DNA from: Bugula neritina
Taxonomy: Eukaryota; Animalia; Bryozoa
Length of the DNA: 64,000 nt
Assembly (NCBI GenBank): GCA_964035545.1
Contig: OZ037770.1
Span: 62,001 to 126,000 of the forward strand
Direction: 5' to 3'
Under the pieces are notes generated by a model. The model searched no databases. It was not told where the DNA came from and worked only from the letters and a program-made list of their open reading frames with translations. This document shows, piece by piece, positions 47,101-59,071 of the stretch. Each line of letters starts with the position of its first letter. The stretch's first letter is position 1. The position numbers and the translations under genes were made by a program.

Positions 47101-48451
47101 GTATATAGAGAGTATATAGAGTATATAGAGAGTATATAGAGAGTATATAGAGAGTATATATAGAGTATACATAGAGTATATAGAGTATATATAGAGTATA
47201 TAGAGTATATATAGAGTATATAGAGTATATATATAGAGTATATATAGAGTATATAGAGAGAGTATATATAGAGCATATAGAGTATATAGAGTATATAGAG
47301 TATATATAGAGAGTATATAGAGAGTATACAGAGTATATAGAGAGTATATATAGAGAGTATATAGAGAGTATATAGAGAGTATATATAGAGTATATAGAGA
47401 GTATATAGAGAGAGTATATATAGAGCATATAGAGTATATAGAGTATATATAGAGAGTATATAGAGAGTATACAGAGTATATAGAGAGTATATATAGAGAG
47501 TATATAGAGAGTATATAGATAGTATATATAGAGTATATAGAGAGTATATAGAGAGTATATATAGAGTATATAGAGAGAGTATATAGAGAGTATATAGAGA
47601 GTATAATATATAGAGTATATACAGAGTATATATAGAGAGTATATAGAGAGTATACAGAGTATATATAGAGTATATACAGAGTATATATAGAGTATATAGA
47701 GAGTATATATAGAGTATATATAGAAAGTATATATAGAGTATATAGAGAGTATATATAGAGAGAGTATATATAGAGTATATATAGAGAGTATATAGAGAGT
47801 ATATAGAGAGTATACATAGAGTATATAGAGTATATATAGAGTATATAGAGAGAGTATATATAGAGCATATAGAGTATATAGAGTATATAGAGTATATATA
47901 GAGAGTATATAGAGAGTATACAGAGTATATAGAGAGTATATAGAGAGTATATAGAGAGTATATAGAGAGAGTATATAGAGAGAGTATATAGAGAGTATAA
48001 TATATAGAGTATATACAGAGTATATATAGAGAGTATACAGAGTATATAGAGAGGTAAATACAGAGTATATAGAGAGTATATAGAGTATATAGAGAGTATA
48101 TATAGAGTATATATAGAGTATATAGAGAGTATATATAGAGAGTATATAGATAGTATATAGAGAGGTAAATACAGAGTAAATGTACAGCTAGAGGTAAAGT
48201 AAAGAAATACCTGATGAATTGAACACGCCCACATGGATTGCACAAATGAGACTACTTCTTTTAACACTGATGCCGAAGTGCTCTTGCTGAGTGACGGTGA
48301 GATTTCCCACCACTGAGTAACCAAATCCCTCACCACACGCTTGAGAGAGAAATGAAACCCCCAACAGTAGCCATGAATATCCAGCTTCTTTGTTGAGCTT
48401 TCTCTGTCCACACGACATGGCTTTGTTTCTCACTGATTCAATCACAGACAT
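44193..48451 (-). CDS. Monocarboxylate transporter (SLC16/MFS family), 8 coding exons
   Basis: Exons 48211-48451, 46814-46957, 46210-46455, 45992-46119, 45726-45858, 45436-45569, 44705-44873, 44193-44368 splice in phase; N-terminal EAGYSWLLLGVSF (cf. PDGGWGW), APLVSILVKKLGCR, LFGFIAGFG, FKKHRYLALA motifs; multiple hydrophobic TM-like segments. Confidence 0.88.
44332..44682. repeat. 59-bp minisatellite containing the acceptor and first 36 nt of the last MCT exon (6 copies)
   Basis: Sense unit tagtatatagtatatacttgtag|AGCTAGTGGCAAGGCATGCAGGTGCTAGATACAGTA; acceptors from 44664 to 44369 in 59-nt steps. Confidence 0.95.
44922..45415. repeat. 29-bp minisatellite in an MCT intron
   Basis: gagagttatggtgtactgtttactgtact tandem array. 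Confidence 0.95.
46478..46813. repeat. 15-bp minisatellite starting exactly at an MCT donor GT
   Basis: Sense gtatatctgtatata tandem array. Confidence 0.9.
46960..48200. repeat. Degenerate 9-15-bp (gagtatataga) array filling the first MCT coding-region intron
   Basis: Variable (AT)/(AG) lengths between GT anchors. Confidence 0.9.
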
Positions 48452-49057
48452 TTAATGCAGTTGGTGACGGAGAGAGAGCAGAGCAAGCGGAATTATCTAC
48501 CAGTATATATCACAAACTGCTCTAAATTTAAAATATGAATACTTTATTAAGTGTTGAATGTTTGAATATACATATTTTTACAACTGAATATTTACGATAG
48601 TCTGTGTTCGTTGTAGACAGATGCTTCCTAAATTATGAGATATATAATTCTTCATGCTGTTTTATGCGTTTCCATTTAGCCAACAATATAGAGTGTATGA
48701 GTGGATATAGAATGCATACCCAGGGCTAACTCACCTTTCCTGTAAGGTTGACAATATCTTACAGTTGTTCCTTCAGTCTTATTCAATAGTGTGTTGACTT
48801 ATGATAGACAGACTTGTTACTGTTTTGGTCCATTGTGTAATTAATCTTGGTCACTCACTGGTGACTGGTCCAGATACCAGATCACGTAGTGCCTACAGAG
48901 CAGCCTGTGTGACCCTGTGACCTCACCATATACAATATACTGGCTTAACAATATGCTATATACGTGCTGGCTGTGTGTGATATAAAGGGAGTTGAGGAAT
49001 TTCAACTAAACAACAATAGACTAGTCTGAGTCACAGCCTCACCTACACAACTAAACT

Positions 49058-49352
49058 ATACTACAGTATATATTATACTATACTCCTGTATATATTATAC
49101 TATACTACTGTATATATTATACTATACTACAGTATATATTATACTATACTCCTGTATATATTATACTATACTACTGTATATATTATACTATACTCCTGTA
49201 TATATTATACTATACTACTGTATATATTATACTATACTACTGTATATATTATACTATACTACTGTATATATTATACTATACTACTGTATATATTATACTA
49301 TACTACTGTATATGATACTATTCTATATTATACTATACTACAGTATATATTA
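49058..49352. repeat. 22-bp minisatellite
   Basis: ctgtatatattatactatacta tandem array. Confidence 0.9.
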
Positions 49353-49469
49353 CGGTGTATAAAATGCTTGCTTGTAATATTCTTATCAGGCGTTTGAATT
49401 CAAGCTGTAGAGCTCAGAGAACCCTGGGAGTCATGAGCCTTGCATAATGCTGAGCAGTGCGAATTCATT

Positions 49470-49544
49470 TATATATATATATATATATATGTGTATATAA
49501 TATATATATATATAATATATATATATAATATATATATAAATATA

Positions 49545-49603
<59 letters not shown>

Positions 49604-49624
49604 ATGCGTGCGTGTGTGTGTGTG

Positions 49625-49655
<31 letters not shown>
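49470..49655. repeat. Compound alternating purine-pyrimidine microsatellite (TA)n(TG)n(TGCG)n(CA)n; continues at 58128-58220
   Basis: Direct reading; BEL insertion site. Confidence 0.9.
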
Positions 49656-50468
49656 TGTAGCAGTAGCTGGCAGCATGTTTACATGCACCCTGTGTGTGTG
49701 CGTGTGTCATAGTCCATCATCATAGCATATTAATAGCCCCTAAACAAAACAATAAATTCCTACAACTGCGCAGCAAAAGCCACAATCAATGAATCAAGTG
49801 TATTGCAAAAGCCTAAGACAACAAATCTGCCAGAATATTTCTGTTCCCTTATTTGGAATTACTTGGGGCTGGTGGTGCAATTTGGGTGACCAATGGGATC
49901 TGGAACACATCATTTTTGTTTATTTGTTTTTTGTGTATTATTCTGCTGCTGTTGGAAAGCATTGGTTATCCTGATCAGTTTCAATTAGTAGAGCCAAAGA
50001 GCAAGTTATACTACTTATAATTTTACATTAAACAAGATACATATTACTAACTATTGAAACCTAAGAGCAGAAGCTGTATTATCAAGTTATCAGAGAAGTG
50101 CTAAAGGTTTGTCTGCTATTAATTTTTCTATCATTTATTGTCTTAATGCTGTAATATCAATACATTTAGCTTATATTATATGAAGTGGTTTATAGCTGAC
50201 ATTATTTTTAATGAATTATTATGCAGTAATATTTTGCTTACTTTAATAATTTTTATGTGTGTTATTTCCTTACAGTTCTTATATTCTTGTACTTTATTTA
50301 GCCTTATATTGTGTGTATTTTATTTAGATTTCACGGTGTAGCTTTGTGAGCAAAAGTGTTATAAGTTGGAATAAAATACTAATAACTACACTCACAAGAC
50401 ATCAGTTGAATTCCTAAACCTACTCTGATAAGCTTGCGGTTACTAGCAGACCTAACAAAACTGCTACA
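49656..50468 (+). repeat. 5' LTR of BEL element
   Basis: Direct repeat of 57315-58127. Confidence 0.95.
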
Positions 50469-50484
50469 GTGAAATCTTTAACAA

Positions 50485-50681
50485 AGTCCAGAAAGAGACA
50501 CCTTGTGACGCCCCGTAGAGCCACACCTGAAATATAGTCCAGAAAGAGACACCTTGTGACGCCCCGTAGAGCCACACCTGAAATAAAGTCCAGAAAGAGA
50601 CACCTTGTGACGCCCCGTAGAGCCACACCTGAAATAAAGTCCAGAAAGAGACACCTTGTGACGCCCCGTAGAGCCACACCT
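50485..50681 (+). repeat. 51-bp tandem repeat (about 4 copies) in the BEL 5' leader
   Basis: agtccagaaagagacaccttgtgacgccccgtagagccacacctgaaata(t/a) repeated. Confidence 0.9.
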
Positions 50682-51274
50682 AAAACAATCATCTGAAGGG
50701 ACAACTCCTGAAGCTCAATAAAGCTATAATAGTACAGGAGGGTACTAGAAGATAAGTACATCTGTGCATTTTAATGACATATTTACCACAAAAGCTTTAA
50801 CTTTATATTAATTTCTTGTGCAAATTGCAATTTTAATTATATGAGGAGTATTGTAACAGTGAATTTTATCTCTTCATGAAAATATCTAGAATATTTACTA
50901 TTTCTGGTATTATTTGAACTTTTAAAAGGTTTTTTTTGTGTTTGTAAAGCTAATTAGGAATCAGTGCTTCCAACAAAGCAGCACTAATTAGTGTGGGTGG
51001 AGGTAATGATAAGTGTTCCTGCATCCTATTGGTGGTTTAAATTGTTCATTAGCTTCCATTGGTCCATTGTGGGATTGGCCCAGTTGTGTGGCAGAAACCC
51101 ACGCTGCAGTTGTCAGGCTTGCTAGCCTAGCACGTAATTAATTATCAAAACAATCAAGTTGAGGTTGAGGTTATATATACGGCATGATCTACTGCCAATT
51201 TATTGCACATAGCAGCACATTAGTTTTATAGTGAACGGTATTTGTAAGTTTTTGCTGTAATCAAAATTAATCAA

Positions 51275-54200
51275 ATGGCCAAAGCGAATGTTAGCCTGCT
51301 TGATCTAGATGACTATTCTGACAAGAATCTAGCAGCTCCGCTAATACAACCAGTTAGCAACAAATCAAGTACTAGCAATGCAAAAGGTGAAATTGTGGCA
51401 CCAACCAAAACAAGGCCTGTACGCACAATCAAAGTTTCAAATCTTGGCAAAGAGAGCCAGAAAAATGAGCTGGCATTTTCACTATATGCTGCTATAAACA
51501 GAGAGCTTCGTGCTTTTGATGTTATTTTTAAAAGATGCCGTAATGATGTTTATATGTTAGATACTCTTGATACTTGTGTTGCTGAAATAGAAACAAAAGC
51601 TGAGTCTATTACATCTGATTATGCTAAACTTCTGCAATTATCTGACAATAAAGTGGAAACAAAAATAGAAAAACACTTTGAGTCTTTTATTGGGGAAGTC
51701 GGTAAAATTACAGAAAAGATTCTAGAGATACGACAAGGTATGGCTATCCAAGAGGAGAAATGCAAGGAACAGGAAGAGCTAGCAAGTAAGCAGAAATTAT
51801 TGGAAGAAGAGCAGCGCAAGTTTGAAGAGTATCTGGCTGAGAGGGAAAAGGTTCAACTGGTAGAAGAACAAGCCCGGCAACTACAAATGGCCGCCGCGGA
51901 ATCCACACCACTGAACAGAAACTCAGTGAGAGATGAGAAGAATTTAGAAATGCACGTGATCAGAACTGACCCGATAGACTTGTGGTCTGCCCCCGCAACA
52001 CCCCCAAACACTGATGTCAAACCCCGGGACAATCTTCAATACTTAAGTGGCAATGAGAGAGCAAATCACGCATTCAAAACTAGTCAGTCAAGTGATGATT
52101 CCATCCGCCAACTCACCAATAAGATTGCTCAGGGAATCAAACTTACAAGGAAAGCAGATATTGAACCAGATATCTTCAAGGGCAACATTTTAGAGTTTGA
52201 TGATTGGGAATGTGATTTTGACAGTTACTTAACATCCATGGGCATAGAGGAAGGACCAGAAAGGTTGAGATACCTGAAGAAATATGTAGACGGCCCTGCA
52301 AAAGAATGTATTAGCGGACATTTTCTAATACGAACAGAGCATAGCTACTACAAAGCACGTCAGAAGCTGTCCTCAAGATATGGTAACAAACTCGACGTAG
52401 CTCGATCAATGAAAAACGCACTAGATAACTGGAAGAAGATTGCAACAGATGACCACCAAGCCCTTCAGAAGTACGCAGATTACTTGGAGAGCTGCAGAAA
52501 CGCTATGAGCTCAGTATCAGGGTTAACTAGCCTTGATGATGAGCATACTAATGAGAAACTTGCAAGAGTACTACCCGATTGGGCACATAAAAAGTGGGTA
52601 GCTGTGGTGCACCGCCTGCAAAAAACAGAAATGCGATACCCCAAATTTTCTGAGTTCTCCTTATTCGTGGATGACTTAGCAGAGATGTGTTCTCTACCCT
52701 TGATGCAAAACACTGAAAGAAATGAGAAAAGAAGACCAAATACAAAATCATTCATGACTAACACAGCAAGCGCCCAAGAACCACGAAAGTGCCTGTACTG
52801 TCACCAAAAGGGTCATATCGTGGCTGAGTGTTTCAAGCTATGCGAGAAACCCTACAGCCAACGCATGAAATTTGTAACAAGTGAAATGCTGTGCTACATT
52901 TGTGCCCGACCTGGCCATATGGCTACCAATTGTTTCTACAATGACAAGCAGATCTGCAGAAAGTGTAAAAGGCCTGGCCATGCTACATGCCTACACAAAA
53001 CAAAAGAAGACTGGAATGAAGAGAACCAAGGAACAGAGCACAAAAGGCCTAGTAAATACGCCTCTCAACAGCCATCATCAGTACAGCAGAGTGGTGAACA
53101 ACAAATGAAAAGGAGTGACATCCAAGCCTCACCATCTAACTTTTCAACTACTCAGACTTGTAACAGGATTACAAGCGCAGCAGAATGGCCTGACAGTCGA
53201 TCGTCACCTTCAGCACAAGACAATAAAGATCAAACCAAACTCTCAAGTAAGAACACAAGAACGCCTACACATAACAAGATCTTCAACATGGGGATGCCTG
53301 TGTATGTGTCAACCACTGCTAATCCTAAAGCCAAGATTCTAGTGTATGCATTTCTTGACTCTGCATCAGATCACTCTTACATAACAAAAGACTTAGCCAA
53401 AAAGCTGAAACCACGACAGCTTGGAAGAAAATCGGTTGAAGTAGAAACGATGATTGGTGAAGTTCAAAAGGAGGAAGTCAACATCTTTGGTGATATGCTA
53501 ATTAAAGGATATTACGGCGGTGAAGTAGCTCTTTCATCTGCCTATGAATGGAACGAAATACCCAACTCCACTGGAGAATTTGCTAATCACACGAACATAC
53601 TACAGCAACCGCACCTCAGCCACTTGGCCAGTAAACTGGCACCCCCAATGGACATACCAGTAGGTCTCTTGATTGGCGCTAACTGTACAATGGCCTCATT
53701 TCCATTGGAAGCTGTAAAAGGGGGTGGTAACATGCCATACGCCCTTCGAACGGAGCTTGGCTGGGCTGTGTTTGGTGTCGCGAAAAGCTCACACACCAAA
53801 CAAAAGGTTCATGCAACTTGTCTTACTTTTGACGATAATGATGACAGCTGTTTGCTCTCACAAGAAGACTACAAGTTTATTGAGATATTAGATAGTCAAA
53901 CAGCCATTAGTGAAAGCGGCAACTATATGATGCCATTGCCATTCAAGGAGCGCCCGACTTTCCCAAATAACTTTCAACAGGCAAAGAGAAGGCTAGAGGG
54001 CCTAGAGAAGCGCTTTATGAAAGACCCTGAACTGAAAGCCGATTATGAAAAGTTTATGAATGAGCTACTGGAACAAGATCTGGCTGAGCCAGTAGATGAT
54101 AACAGTGGAGCAAATGGGGAAAGGTGGTACATACCACATTTTGCAGTAAAACATCCCCAGAAGAATAAATTGAGGGTGGTGTTTGACTGTAAGGCCTCCT

Positions 54201-57109
54201 ACCAGGGCACATCCCTGAATGACCATCTCCTACAAGGCCCTGACCACATAAACTCTCTTGTAGGAATACTGTGCCGTTTTAGAAGAGAATCTATAGCAAT
54301 CAGTTGTGACATACAGCAAATGTTCTATAACTTTCTTGTCACATCCGATGACAGAGATTATCTCCGGTTTATTTGGCATGACCAACATGGCCAACATCAA
54401 ACCTTCAGAATGAAGGTGCATCTTTTCGGTGCAAAGTCCTCCCCTGGTGTTGCAACATATGGCTTGAGAAAAATCGCACAGGACCACAGCTCTGTTTCCA
54501 ACGCGGCCACAATGTTCATCAACCGTGACTTTTATGTCGATGATGGTATCACCAGTGTTGCCTCAGAAGGCGAAGCCATTGCGCTTATAAATGCGGCTCG
54601 TGACATCTGCAGCAAGGGAAACTTGCGCTTACATAAGTTTGCATCTAACAGTGCAGAAGTTCTAGCAGCACTGCCAGAGTCTGAAAGATCTGTTCAGAAC
54701 AAAGAGTTAATGGAGTTACTACCTGAACAGCGCACCTTGGGTTTACAATGGGCCATGGAATCAGACACGTTCAAGTTTATCAATCAAATCCAGAACAGAC
54801 AAAATACTAGACGGGGAATTTTATCAACAGTCAGTCAGTTATATGATCCATTAGGATTCCTAGCTCCATACACACTCCTAGGAAAAAATATACTACAGCA
54901 GGTCAACAAGGCCAATCTGGATTGGGACGATCCAATTCCTGATACCTTAGCCGACAAATGGAGCAGGTGGATAGATCAGCTACCAGCCTTAGAACAAATC
55001 AGCATTCCAAGATGCTTGAAACCGAAGAATTACGGAGAAGTTGTAAGGCGTGAATTACACAACTTTTGCGATGCCAGTGAAGATGGAATTGGTGCGTGCT
55101 CATACATACGCCAAATCAACAACAAAGGCAATGTGCAAGTCTCATTCTTGATAGGAAAGTCAAGAGTAATACCATCTAAAGGACTTTTCACAATGCCTCG
55201 CTTAGAGCTTATGGGTGCTGTAATGGCTACTCATCTGAGTAAGATGCTTCACAAGGAGCTAGATATGAAGTTTGATGCAGAGTATTTTTGGTCAGACTCA
55301 GAAATTGTGTTAGGATGGATAGCCAACACCACGAAGAAATATCATCCTTTTGTCCACAATCGAGTACGGGCTATTACATCCACCACAGAAGAAAAGCAGT
55401 GGTACCATGTGCCTGGACCTTTAAATCCTGCTGACATCGCTTCTCGGGGTAAACCCTGCGATCAACTCTCCAATACAAGCTGGTTCTCGGGACCAGGCTT
55501 TCTCAAGGAGCCTACAATCACCCTTTTAAACCAAGAGCAAAATTTCATAAACAACCTTGATCCCCAAGATCCCGAGATAAAGAAAGCGAAAGTTATGCAA
55601 ACCGCTATCAGACCAACTGGCATTATTGACAAATTTCTCAAGTTTTCCACCTGGTCAAAGCTTGTACGCTCCATCACAGTCATCCGAAGCATTCACCGCA
55701 ATGAAAATAAGACCTGGTGTGTTAAACCATGTTCCGCAGAGAGTCTCCATGAAGCTGAGACGAGAATTATCTCAGCCGTCCAGCAGAGCCACTACAAAGA
55801 GGACTACAGTACAGTAAAACAAGGACAGCAATTGTCAAAATCTAAACCTCTTGCTAAACTTAACCCATTCATTGATGGAGCCGGGATTATGCGTGTAGGT
55901 GGGAGGTTGCAGAGATCACAGGTGCTCAGCTATGAAGAGAAGCACCCCATAATTCTCCCTCGTGATGCACATGTAACGTCTCTAATAGTCCGGCACTATC
56001 ACAACAGCATTTATCACCTAGGGAGAACATCTACACTAAGTGCAATTAGAACTGCAGGGTACTGGATTGTCGGAGCCACAAGACTTGTGAAGTCTATGTT
56101 GAGCAAATGCGTCACCTGCAACAGGCTGCGTGGCAAGCCTATTACCCAAATCATGTCAATGCTACCCACAGAAAGACTAAATCCAACACCACCATTTACA
56201 AATATAGGCATAGACTGCTTCGGACCCTTTACCGTTAAAGACAGGCGGTCAGAAGTAAAGAGATGGGGCCTCCTTGTCACGTGCATGTACTCCCGAGCTG
56301 TGCATATAGAGTTGTTGCCGGATATGACAACAGATTCATTTCTGAACGCTTTAAGAACACTGATATGCATCAGAGGAGCAATAAATATGATTTACTGTGA
56401 CAGAGGGACCAACTTTGTTGGAGCCGACAACGAGCTCACAAGAGAACTCCATGCAATGGACCAAGGGTCATCTGCACTAACAACATTTTTAAAGGAAAAT
56501 CGAATCACCTTCCAGTTCAACGCGCCACATTCGAGCCATGCTGGGGGTGTTTGGGAACGCCAAATTCGTAGTGTACGATCTGTATTGGAAGGTATGAAAT
56601 CTACAGGTAAGTACAACAGGCTGGATACACCGGGGCTCCGTACTGCCTTCTATGAGGCAATGGCTACGGTCAATAGCCGACCATTGGCGATAAACAGCTT
56701 GAATGACCCTGAGGCACCTATACTCACTCCAAATCATCTACTGACATCAAAATCAAGACAGATAGGACCCCCACCAGGAAAATTTGAGACCACGGAGGTC
56801 TATGGAAGAAAAATGTGGAGAAAGGCTCAACAGTTTGCTGAAGAATTCTGGAGACTATGGAAAGTTGAATACATGCAGCAGATTACAAAACGACAAAGGT
56901 GGGAGAACCATACACGTGACGTTCATACAGGAGATCTAGTCATGCTTATAGAAGAGAACGTATTGCGAAATGAATGGCCCTATGGATTGGTCAAGGAAAC
57001 GTTGAGAAGTGCTGATGGCAGGGTCAGAAGAGTGAAAGTAAAGACTAACGCTGGGACAACACTAGAGCGTCCGATACAGAAGCTAGTGCTGCTACAGGAG
57101 CAAGAGTAG
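51275..57109 (+). CDS. BEL/Pao Gag-Pol polyprotein
   Basis: DUF1759-like IFKGNILEFDDW; three Cys-His knuckles (CLYCHQKGHIVAEC, CYICARPGHMATNC, CRKCKRPGHATCLH); FLDSASDHSY protease; LRVVFDC/FYVDDG RT; FCDASE RNase H (peptidase A17 family); IDCFGPF/CDRGTNF/GGVWER integrase. Confidence 0.97.
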   Translation: MAKANVSLLDLDDYSDKNLAAPLIQPVSNKSSTSNAKGEIVAPTKTRPVRTIKVSNLGKESQKNELAFSLYAAINRELRAFDVIFKRCRNDVYMLDTLDTCVAEIETKAESITSDYAKLLQLSDNKVETKIEKHFESFIGEVGKITEKILEIRQGMAIQEEKCKEQEELASKQKLLEEEQRKFEEYLAEREKVQLVEEQARQLQMAAAESTPLNRNSVRDEKNLEMHVIRTDPIDLWSAPATPPNTDVKPRDNLQYLSGNERANHAFKTSQSSDDSIRQLTNKIAQGIKLTRKADIEPDIFKGNILEFDDWECDFDSYLTSMGIEEGPERLRYLKKYVDGPAKECISGHFLIRTEHSYYKARQKLSSRYGNKLDVARSMKNALDNWKKIATDDHQALQKYADYLESCRNAMSSVSGLTSLDDEHTNEKLARVLPDWAHKKWVAVVHRLQKTEMRYPKFSEFSLFVDDLAEMCSLPLMQNTERNEKRRPNTKSFMTNTASAQEPRKCLYCHQKGHIVAECFKLCEKPYSQRMKFVTSEMLCYICARPGHMATNCFYNDKQICRKCKRPGHATCLHKTKEDWNEENQGTEHKRPSKYASQQPSSVQQSGEQQMKRSDIQASPSNFSTTQTCNRITSAAEWPDSRSSPSAQDNKDQTKLSSKNTRTPTHNKIFNMGMPVYVSTTANPKAKILVYAFLDSASDHSYITKDLAKKLKPRQLGRKSVEVETMIGEVQKEEVNIFGDMLIKGYYGGEVALSSAYEWNEIPNSTGEFANHTNILQQPHLSHLASKLAPPMDIPVGLLIGANCTMASFPLEAVKGGGNMPYALRTELGWAVFGVAKSSHTKQKVHATCLTFDDNDDSCLLSQEDYKFIEILDSQTAISESGNYMMPLPFKERPTFPNNFQQAKRRLEGLEKRFMKDPELKADYEKFMNELLEQDLAEPVDDNSGANGERWYIPHFAVKHPQKNKLRVVFDCKASYQGTSLNDHLLQGPDHINSLVGILCRFRRESIAISCDIQQMFYNFLVTSDDRDYLRFIWHDQHGQHQTFRMKVHLFGAKSSPGVATYGLRKIAQDHSSVSNAATMFINRDFYVDDGITSVASEGEAIALINAARDICSKGNLRLHKFASNSAEVLAALPESERSVQNKELMELLPEQRTLGLQWAMESDTFKFINQIQNRQNTRRGILSTVSQLYDPLGFLAPYTLLGKNILQQVNKANLDWDDPIPDTLADKWSRWIDQLPALEQISIPRCLKPKNYGEVVRRELHNFCDASEDGIGACSYIRQINNKGNVQVSFLIGKSRVIPSKGLFTMPRLELMGAVMATHLSKMLHKELDMKFDAEYFWSDSEIVLGWIANTTKKYHPFVHNRVRAITSTTEEKQWYHVPGPLNPADIASRGKPCDQLSNTSWFSGPGFLKEPTITLLNQEQNFINNLDPQDPEIKKAKVMQTAIRPTGIIDKFLKFSTWSKLVRSITVIRSIHRNENKTWCVKPCSAESLHEAETRIISAVQQSHYKEDYSTVKQGQQLSKSKPLAKLNPFIDGAGIMRVGGRLQRSQVLSYEEKHPIILPRDAHVTSLIVRHYHNSIYHLGRTSTLSAIRTAGYWIVGATRLVKSMLSKCVTCNRLRGKPITQIMSMLPTERLNPTPPFTNIGIDCFGPFTVKDRRSEVKRWGLLVTCMYSRAVHIELLPDMTTDSFLNALRTLICIRGAINMIYCDRGTNFVGADNELTRELHAMDQGSSALTTFLKENRITFQFNAPHSSHAGGVWERQIRSVRSVLEGMKSTGKYNRLDTPGLRTAFYEAMATVNSRPLAINSLNDPEAPILTPNHLLTSKSRQIGPPPGKFETTEVYGRKMWRKAQQFAEEFWRLWKVEYMQQITKRQRWENHTRDVHTGDLVMLIEENVLRNEWPYGLVKETLRSADGRVRRVKVKTNAGTTLERPIQKLVLLQEQE

Positions 57110-57314
57110 TTATAGTAGCTAGCGACATCCAACTGCCACTGTATGAGGATTACAGTGCATAGTTATAATATCCATATTTTACAATAGCCATTATATAGTT
57201 TCATGTCATTTTTATAAGAAAAAAAAAAAAATAAAAAATAAAATGAAATAAATAAATAAAAGCTAAAATAAAATTGTAAATTCTCTTTTAATTTTTGTAA
57301 AATTAAGGTGGGAG

Positions 57315-58123
57315 TGTAGCAGTAGCTGGCAGCATGTTTACATGCACCCTGTGTGTGTGCGTGTGTCATAGTCCATCATCATAGCATATTAATAGCCCCT
57401 AAACAAAACAATAAATTCCTACAACTGCGCAGCAAAAGCCACAATCAATGAATCAAGTGTATTGCAAAAGCCTAAGACAACAAATCTGCCAGAATATTTC
57501 TGTTCCCTTATTTGGAATTACTTGGGGCTGGTGGTGCAATTTGGGTGACCAATGGGATCTGGAACACATCATTTTTGTTTATTTGTTTTTTGTGTATTAT
57601 TCTGCTGCTGTTGGAAAGCATTGGTTATCCTGATCAGTTTCAATTAGTAGAGCCAAAGAGCAAGTTATACTACTTATAATTTTACATTAAACAAGATACA
57701 TATTACTAACTATTGAAACCTAAGAGCAGAAGCTGTATTATCAAGTTATCAGAGAAGTGCTAAAGGTTTGTCTGCTATTAATTTTTCTATCATTTATTGT
57801 CTTAATGCTGTAATATCAATACATTTAGCTTATATTATATGAAGTGGTTTATAGCTGACATTATTTTTAATGAATTATTATGCAGTAATATTTTGCTTAC
57901 TTTAATAATTTTTATGTGTGTTATTTCCTTACAGTTCTTATATTCTTGTACTTTATTTAGCCTTATATTGTGTGTATTTTATTTAGATTTCACGGTGTAG
58001 CTTTGTGAGCAAAAGTGTTATAAGTTGGAATAAAATACTAATAACTACACTCACAAGACATCAGTTGAATTCCTAAACCTACTCTGATAAGCTTGCGGTT
58101 ACTAGCAGACCTAACAAAACTGC

Positions 58124-58127
<4 letters not shown>
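57315..58127 (+). repeat. 3' LTR of BEL element
   Basis: Direct repeat of 49656-50468. Confidence 0.95.
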
Positions 58128-58184
<57 letters not shown>

Positions 58185-58432
58185 ATATAATATTTATATA
58201 TATATTATGTATATATAATATCTGAAGGGTTCACTGTTACTAATATTATAAAATGTGTTGTAAACAACATATGGGGTTTATTGCTGATTTTTAAAACAAC
58301 ATTCAGTATATTATGTTTATCATTAATTAGTGTCACAACTTGCTACATTGCGTAATCAGTTTACTACATCAGAACCTCTTTACTACATACAATCAACGTA
58401 TAATAGATATAATATATTACTCAGTATAATGC

Positions 58433-58848
58433 GTTACATGTAGTGTATGGTGTGTTACATGTAGTATATGGTGTGTTACATGTAGTATGTGATGTGTTAC
58501 ATGTAGTGTATGGTGTGTTACATGTAGTATATGATGTGTTACATGTAGTGTGTGATGTGTTACATGTAGTATATGGTGTGTTACATGTAGTGTATGGTGT
58601 GTTACATGTAGTGTATGGTGTGTTACATGTAGTATATGATGTGTTACATGTAGTGTATGATGTGTTACATGTAGTATATGATGTGTTTCATGTAGTATGT
58701 GATGTGTTACATGTAGTATATGATGTGTTACATGTAGTGTATGGTGTGTTACATGTAGTATATGGTGTGTTACATGTAGTATATGGTGTGTTACATGTAG
58801 TATATGATGTGTTACATGTAGTGTATGATGTGTTACATGTAGTGTATA
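58433..58848. repeat. 21-bp minisatellite
   Basis: gtgttacatgtagtatatgat tandem array with a TACATGTA palindrome. Confidence 0.95.
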
Positions 58849-59071
58849 GCTCTACATCACAGCTTAACTAATGCATCTTAATTCTTACAGCTTTGCCACC
58901 TTTTCTTGGTTACCTCTTCTTCAAAATACAAACAGAATGAATGAATAACTTAAAGTTCAAATTACAATGTGGACCAGATTGAGAAGTGTAGAAAAATGAG
59001 TTTTCTATTAGTGTATACCTCATTCAGTAATCAGTACACAGTTTAGTATAAATATATATGTAGAGTCTGTG

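Larger units (their letters stand above)
49656..58127 (+). mobile_element. Full-length BEL/Pao LTR retrotransposon
   Basis: 813-bp LTRs 49656-50468 and 57315-58127 (TGTAGCAG...CTGCTACA, no differences seen by eye); 5-bp TATAT flanking duplication; PPT AAGGTGGGAG; intact 1944-aa ORF. Confidence 0.96.

Noticed and set aside
46485-48411. 586-aa and 537-aa Tyr/Ile/Leu-rich ORFs
   Set aside because: Read-through of intronic gagtatata arrays; only 46814-46957 and 48211-48451 are real MCT exons.
49789-49974. 61-aa ORF duplicated at 57448-57633
   Set aside because: Lies within the BEL LTRs; the duplication is explained by LTR identity and no motif is recognisable.
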